A stretch of DNA of 64,000 nt from Piromyces finnis finn (taxonomy: Eukaryota > Fungi > Neocallimastigomycota): assembly GCA_002104945.1 (NCBI GenBank), contig MCFH01000020.1, forward strand, positions 62,001-126,000, in the 5' to 3' direction. The position numbers were made by a program, and so were the translations under genes. Position 1 is the stretch's first letter. Each line of letters opens with the position of its first letter. Under the pieces are notes generated by a model. The model ran no database searches, had not been told where the DNA came from, and saw nothing but the letters and a program-made list of their open reading frames with translations. Positions 58,101 through 64,000 of the stretch are shown piece after piece.

Positions 58101-59621
58101 GATGGTGATTCGTCCTGAATCAATAGAAAATCAGATCAAGAGAGATCCAACATTTTACTTAGCAGGACAACCCATTCCAACTACTGATTGTTATACTTAT
58201 CTTGGTGTTCCATTTGATAAGAATCTGTCCCTTAAACCAGTAATTAAAACTCTTAATAACAAAGTTTTGAAAGGACTTTTTTCAGTCAGTAAATTCTTAA
58301 GAAATTCTAATATTCCTATTCCCTTCAAGAAGCTAGTACTTAACTCACAAGTAATCAGCAGAGTTTCATACTTTGCACCATTACTTGGATCCAACAAAGC
58401 TAGGTCTAGAATTGCTCAGAAGCATGTTAACAAAGGAATACGATGGATTGCCGGAGTTCATAAAGCTGTATCGTTTATATCTTTATACTCTATCTCAAAA
58501 GATTTGAATATTCCTCCATTGTCAGCCAAATGTGCTTTAGCTCAGGTTAGATGTTTTAACAAATAGAAAAACTCAAATTGTATTATCTCACACCTTGTCA
58601 ATTACATTCCTAAATTTAGAAAATACACGTGGTGCAAATCAAGTAGGACACTTGATAAAAAACTAAAGAAACATGGAGATGTTAAAGCAGTTAAAACTTT
58701 TATTGGAAAGATCTCAAAGGGAATTCAATCAAAGCGCAATATTATGGTGATAATAAATTTATTGAAACTAAAGATTTTATTAAATTATGTTATGAGTACC
58801 CAGAGTTTGCCTATGGCTTCTACTGGCTATTGAAAGCAAGAAGCGGATACAAGTTGGATGCTAGAGTTGCCAAAGCTGCTAAATTTGTTGATCCAGTTTG
58901 TCCTAACTACTGTCCATGTTGCAAGTGTGGAGATCAAAGTATTAAACATTGGTTATTAGATTGTCCAACATTTAGAGATATCCGTATTATACATTATGAT
59001 TCTATAGTCCATCTTTTAAATTTTTTCAGTCAACGTAATTCCAATAGTCCTATCAATAATAATGAAATTGATAATGTCAGCAGAAATAGCAATAACAGTA
59101 ATAGTAATAGTAACAATAGTAATAATAACAATAGTAATAATAACAATAGTAGTAATAGTAACAATAGAAATAGTAATAATAACAATAGTAGTAATAGAAA
59201 TAATAATATTAGTAATGATAGCAATAGTGATGATAATAATTCTAATTTAGATAGTAATTTAGTTAATGATAGTAATAGTTCTAATAATCCGGTGAATATT
59301 AATGTGTATGATTATTCTAGTGTGTGCAGTAAAATATTTAAATTCCTTCTTGGGGGAAGAAGTTTTAACAATATTAATTACAATTCAAGGGAATGGAAAG
59401 AACTTTGTAAGCGTCAGATTCAATCTGGTACTAACGAAGGAACACCATTCTTGACGGTAACCGCGGAACTTCTAACCAAAATCATGCCTTTTGCTATTGG
59501 CCAGCAATGGTCAATGTTCAAAAGGTTTGAAGCAACATCCAAGAGCGTCAATGCTGAAGAAACAGTAAGACAGGCCAGGAGGGCCAGCGCAACCAATGGA
59601 GATCATAATTTTGTTCCATGA
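55108..59621 (+). pseudogene. LINE polyprotein ORF (N-terminal extension, APE, RT, zinc knuckle), broken by one nonsense codon and one frameshift
   Basis: APE motifs: SWNTNG, CFQET, VGDFN, SDIDH, SDHKP. RT motifs: KASGPDGIP, YRGISL, QFGFR, DLRKAYDSV, GVRQGCPLSPILFN, FADD, YTYLGV. Knuckle: CPCC...IKHWLLDCP. TAG at 58564-58566 is followed by open in-frame sequence. A one-base frameshift in the T-run near 58698-58701 leads into the frame of ORF 58830-59621. Confidence 0.9.
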
Positions 59622-59858
59622 CAAAATTTTGATCTTTGGCTCGGTGTCCCATTGGAAGTCAAATACAATTATTATACTTTAGTATGATAGTGGCTTTCTT
59701 ACTTTAATTAAAATTACTAGAATACATTATACCCAATTTTTATTCATTTGTGTTTATTTAAACATATTTTTTTTATTTTTATTTTTATTTTTTAATTTTT
59801 TATTACATGTATTATAATTTTAATTAAATTAATAATAAAGTTTAAAATATTTGATGCC

Positions 59859-59893
<35 letters not shown>

Positions 59894-60169
59894 ACAAATT
59901 AAATAAATACAAGTGTATTCTTTTACTAGTCTAAAAAAAAAAAAAAAAAAATTATTAATATAGGATTGTTTAAGAGAATTTTTTTATTATCTAAGATAAT
60001 TGAAAAATATTATTTTGCAGATAATCTTAATTATTGTCTCCTTTTCAACGGAAATGTAATATTTTAATCTTTGAGCATTTTGAACATTAGATCGAATGAA
60101 ACCATTTGACTTTAAAGGATTAAATTTGAAAAATAATTAAATAATAATAATAAAATACATATGAAGTTA

Positions 60170-60200
<31 letters not shown>

Positions 60201-60713
60201 GAAATAATTATCTGGTTTTATCAAATATGCAGTTTTATTAATGTGGCAATAAATTAGTATATTTTCAAATAATTAATAAATCACTTTAGTTATTTATATA
60301 TTTCATATATATATTTAAAATGTTAAATAAATATTTAATATACTTTTCTTATTTAACCCTTAATTAAATATTTCTCTAATATTAAAATAAAAAAAAAAAT
60401 TAAAACTTTAAAACTTTGTTCTCAAATTACTAAAATTATCTTTTAATATAACATATCATTAAATAATTAATAAAACATTATTTTATAGTTTTTTAAAAAA
60501 TGGTATATAACTATAATAAATTTAAAATTATATACTTTTTTTCTACCTGAGAAAATAAACTTTAAAATAATAAGTAAATAAATGATTGAACATTAAATTT
60601 TAATTAAAGTAAGTGAATTATTATTCCAATTTACAAATAATAATATATTATTATGTATTTTTTTTTAAAAAAATAAAAAAAAAAGTAATTATATATCTTT
60701 AATAAAACATAAA

Positions 60714-62261
60714 ATGAAATTATTAATTCTATTTCTATTATATTTTGGAATATATAATAAAATTACAATAGAAAAATTACTTGGAAATTTTGTATTTTTT
60801 GGAAGAGGTCGAAGAACATTACCTAAATATTGGAGTGAAATAAGTAATATTAAAGTAACAAAGAATTCAAAAGTATATTTTCCATATCATAAATATGATG
60901 ATGATCCAGAGAATACAAATACATCAGACGAAGCTAAAAATTATCCATTGACATTATTATTATCAGGAGTTAATGATGAAGAATACTCAGAAATAAGATT
61001 TAATGCTGATCGAAACGGGGATATTAATTTCGGAGATTATACATATTTTAAATCTGAGTTAAAATTTCGTATTCCAAAAGCAAAATATTTAGTAAATGAA
61101 GGTTATACTTGTGAAAGTATAGGTCTTTCTTGTACCGATCTTTTACAATATGATTTTTCAAAAAATAATGAATGGATAGATCTTATAAAATTTAAAATAT
61201 TTTTTGAAGATAAAGATATTTATGAAAGTACATCATATAATATAGAAGAAAAGAAAAATTTAAGTTATGAACTATCCATAGATGAAAAACCAACAACTGA
61301 ATGGAAAGAAATTATTGGAAATATTAAAATAAAAGATTCAAATCTCCAATATACAAGTTTAGTATTTAGGAATTATGGTATAATGCCTGTATATGTTTCA
61401 ATTGGTAATACAATATTTGTAAAATCTAATGAGGAAGACACGATTATCATTAAAAATGGAAAATTTAATGAAAACTTTGAGAACCTTAGTTGGTTTAAAG
61501 ATGATGAATCTCATGAAGACACTGTTTTCTTTGATCAAATATGCCCAATTGATACAGAACAAAAAAATTCAATATACTTATCTACTAATGAAGATTTTAA
61601 TTATGCTATAAAAGCAGCAATCAGTACAGTTCCAACATTCGGACCACCTGAAGCCATATCATTTAAATATAGGCCAATGAAAGATACAAAGTTAAATTTA
61701 ACTTTTAATAATAATTTAACTCTATCTATAGTTGAATACTTAAACACAAGAAATTGTCGTATTACCCAATTAGAAGAAAACACAGTTCTTGTTGATTTAA
61801 AATATTATATCCTAACAGATTCTAAATTATTAATGGATAATAATGTTGATACTTTTTGGATTCAAACAGTCACAAACATTGAAAGTGTTAAAAAACAACT
61901 TTTTGATGAGGATGAGGAAGAAGAAAAAAAAGCTTATGTTGATGATCTTTATTTTTATGACTTAACTTTTCATAATAATTATCCAACAAATCTTGTGCCA
62001 TATACCCTATCGAGATTGTATTCTACAGGTGAATGTGATCCATCTTTACATTCCCATAATTATATTTCAAGTTCAAAGAGAAGATGGCCAGATGATATTA
62101 CATTCGAAAAAATGTTAGCTTCAAAAAATATGATAGAATATAATATTCCTGATGAAAATTTAAAAAATGAACCATCCTTTGCATATAAGAAGATTATAGG
62201 CACAAATTACATAATTAATTTATCAATATTTATAATAGTAATTTTGTATTATATTAAATAA
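60714..62261 (+). CDS. Secreted, membrane/GPI-anchored surface protein of unknown family (515 aa, intronless); paralog B
   Basis: Shares blocks with paralog A: GN(L/F)xF(Y/F)GRGxRxLPxYW, KVYFPY, EGYTCESxGLSC, FRNYGxMPVYVxIGNTIF, PPExxSFxxRPMxD, RNCxI, FWxQT, LYFYxxTxHxxYP, WPDDxxF. Hydrophobic N- and C-termini. Confidence 0.85.
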   Translation: MKLLILFLLYFGIYNKITIEKLLGNFVFFGRGRRTLPKYWSEISNIKVTKNSKVYFPYHKYDDDPENTNTSDEAKNYPLTLLLSGVNDEEYSEIRFNADRNGDINFGDYTYFKSELKFRIPKAKYLVNEGYTCESIGLSCTDLLQYDFSKNNEWIDLIKFKIFFEDKDIYESTSYNIEEKKNLSYELSIDEKPTTEWKEIIGNIKIKDSNLQYTSLVFRNYGIMPVYVSIGNTIFVKSNEEDTIIIKNGKFNENFENLSWFKDDESHEDTVFFDQICPIDTEQKNSIYLSTNEDFNYAIKAAISTVPTFGPPEAISFKYRPMKDTKLNLTFNNNLTLSIVEYLNTRNCRITQLEENTVLVDLKYYILTDSKLLMDNNVDTFWIQTVTNIESVKKQLFDEDEEEEKKAYVDDLYFYDLTFHNNYPTNLVPYTLSRLYSTGECDPSLHSHNYISSSKRRWPDDITFEKMLASKNMIEYNIPDENLKNEPSFAYKKIIGTNYIINLSIFIIVILYYIK

Positions 62262-62763
62262 TTAATGCTATAATAAAAATAAACAAAATAAACAATAATT
62301 TTAAATTATTCCAACTTCTAACCAATACTATTATATTATCATAAAATAAAAAAAGTAAAATAAAAAAAAAAGAAAATAAAAAAATTAAAAACAATTGTAG
62401 ATATCCTTTTTAAAAACAACATTCCTTTTTACAAAATATTTATATTAAATATATATATATATATAATATTTATGGTTTTATTCATTATATATTATAAATA
62501 AATAAGATAACAACTATACATGATATTTTTGTTTTTAATGGTAATTAGAAAAAATACAATTTTAACTTTTTTTATTGTATTTTTTATAATTCATTTGTTT
62601 TTTATTTATTAACAAATATATTTGATTTGTTTAATTTGATATAAATGATCATTTTTAATTTGAATTATTATTTAATAAATTAAAAGTATGTAATCTTTTA
62701 TTTAATTTAGTTATAGAGCTATAATTTTGGTTTGTATTTCCATTTAATTTTTTTGCCATGTAT

Positions 62764-63304
62764 TCATATACCAAGAGTTTTAGCGTATGCAGTAACTTGC
62801 CCATCGGCTTCAACAAAATCAACGTCATTGGAATTAACCATTGTAGCTATGAAAAGTAATGAAATGTTTATTTTAATTACTAAGGAATTGTTATTAAAGA
62901 AAATTAATTTAACTAATTATAATATCTACTTAAAACTTGATCTGGGAGTTTAGCAGAGAAACCTAACATTGTAGTATTGTATCTGTGTTTAATTTCACCA
63001 CCTAAATATATAAAGAGAATTTTTCAATATAGATATATATTAATATTAGTAATAATTATTATAATCAAAATTATTTAAAAATTTTATTTTTTTTCTGTTA
63101 ATTATATATAATAAATATGTCATTCATATTAATTACCTTGTTTTTCAACATCTTCAATGGCCTTTTCAATAATGTCATTGGCAGTACCTTCTTTAAAGCA
63201 AACAATGTATTCCCCTTTAATGAATTTTTTATTATTATTAAAATAATTAAATTTTCAATTTCATTTCATTATTTTTATTAATAACAGTACTATTATTATC
63301 ATTA

Positions 63305-63362
<58 letters not shown>

Positions 63363-63405
63363 CAATTCATTTATTTTAAAATTCATTTATAAACATACCA
63401 GACAT
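62764..63405 (-). CDS. Stand-alone peptidase inhibitor I9 (subtilisin-propeptide-like, Pbi2/POIA1 type); 4 exons, ~79 aa
   Basis: Spliced MSGEYIVCFKEGTANDIIEKAIEDVEKQGGEIKHRYNTTMLGFSAKLPDQVLTTMVNSNDVDFVEADGQVTAYAKTLGI*, with the I9 pattern YIV.FK...GG.I...Y....GF...L...V..VE.D..V. Confidence 0.85.
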
Positions 63406-64000
63406 TTTTCTTTTTAATGGTATAGTTATTTTATTCGTTAATAAAAATATTAAATATTGATATTTAATTAATAAATATAAATTATTAAAAATTATTAAAT
63501 AAAAACAAAAATAGTGTTATTTTAAAATAAAAAAAAAACAATATTTCTATTTTTATAATTTTAACAATATCATAATTTTTAATTAATAACAAACTTTAAT
63601 TTTATTTATTTTTAAAATGATTTATTATTAATAATTAAAATATAAAAAAATACTCAAAAGATGTCACATTTTATAATTAATGATTTCATTTCTCTCCTAT
63701 ATCCTTTATTTCGATTATTATAATACCAAAAAAAAGGCCAATAAACATTACCATAAATTATTATGTTTATTAGATAAATAATTATTGTTTATTTTTATAA
63801 TTTGTTTTAATCTATTTTGATAATAATTTAATTAAAAATAATAAGTTAAATAATATAAATAAAAGAAAAGGTTAGTAGAAAATTATCTTAAATATATAAG
63901 GAAATTATATAATTTATATTGGAAAAGTAAAAAAAAAAAATTTTTTATTACTAAGAATTGGGTGGCAAAATAATGTTTTTTAATATTGTAATTAATAAAT

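Larger units (their letters stand above)
54136..59891 (+). mobile_element. Apparently full-length non-LTR retrotransposon (APE endonuclease + RT + C-terminal CCHC) with TSD and poly(A) tail; inactivated copy
   Basis: 13-bp TSD ACACAAATTAAAT at 54123-54135 and 59892-59904; ~30-nt poly(A) at 59862-59891; APE and RT motifs in the ORF. Confidence 0.9.

Noticed and set aside
53936-59818. Interpretation as an LTR retrotransposon because of the ~180-bp flanking direct repeats
   Set aside because: There is no gag, protease or integrase and no TG...CA ends. APE-RT, the poly(A) tail and a TSD lying inside the left repeat indicate TPRT of a non-LTR element.

Overview
Extremely AT-rich, intron-rich eukaryotic DNA. 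Fungal genes (Rxt3, stand-alone I9 inhibitor) next to an axonemal dynein point to a zoosporic fungus, most likely an anaerobic gut fungus (Neocallimastigomycota); this is an inference. Genes in order: a small Cys-rich secreted orphan (-), a ~2,500-aa Asn-rich Rxt3-domain gene split over 8 exons (-), SCOC/Slo1 (-), Rab1/Ypt1 (-), a multi-intron non-fungal-type (clade X-like) phosphofructokinase (-), GCN1 (+), a single-headed inner-arm dynein heavy chain (+), an Sso/syntaxin-1-like t-SNARE (+), a WD40 protein (-), PRKRIP1 (-), two paralogous intronless secreted surface proteins (+), and a stand-alone peptidase inhibitor I9 (-). The most unusual part is 53.9-59.9 kb, between the two paralogs. It holds an apparently full-length APE-RT non-LTR retrotransposon with a 13-bp target-site duplication and a poly(A) tail. 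Its 5' end starts with an ~80-bp copy of its own internal ORF sequence, followed by a tandem pair of highly structured 124-bp monomers. The element sits just downstream of an older stub of its own 3' UTR, and that stub begins inside the element's 3' hairpin. Exon boundaries were read by eye and some are approximate.
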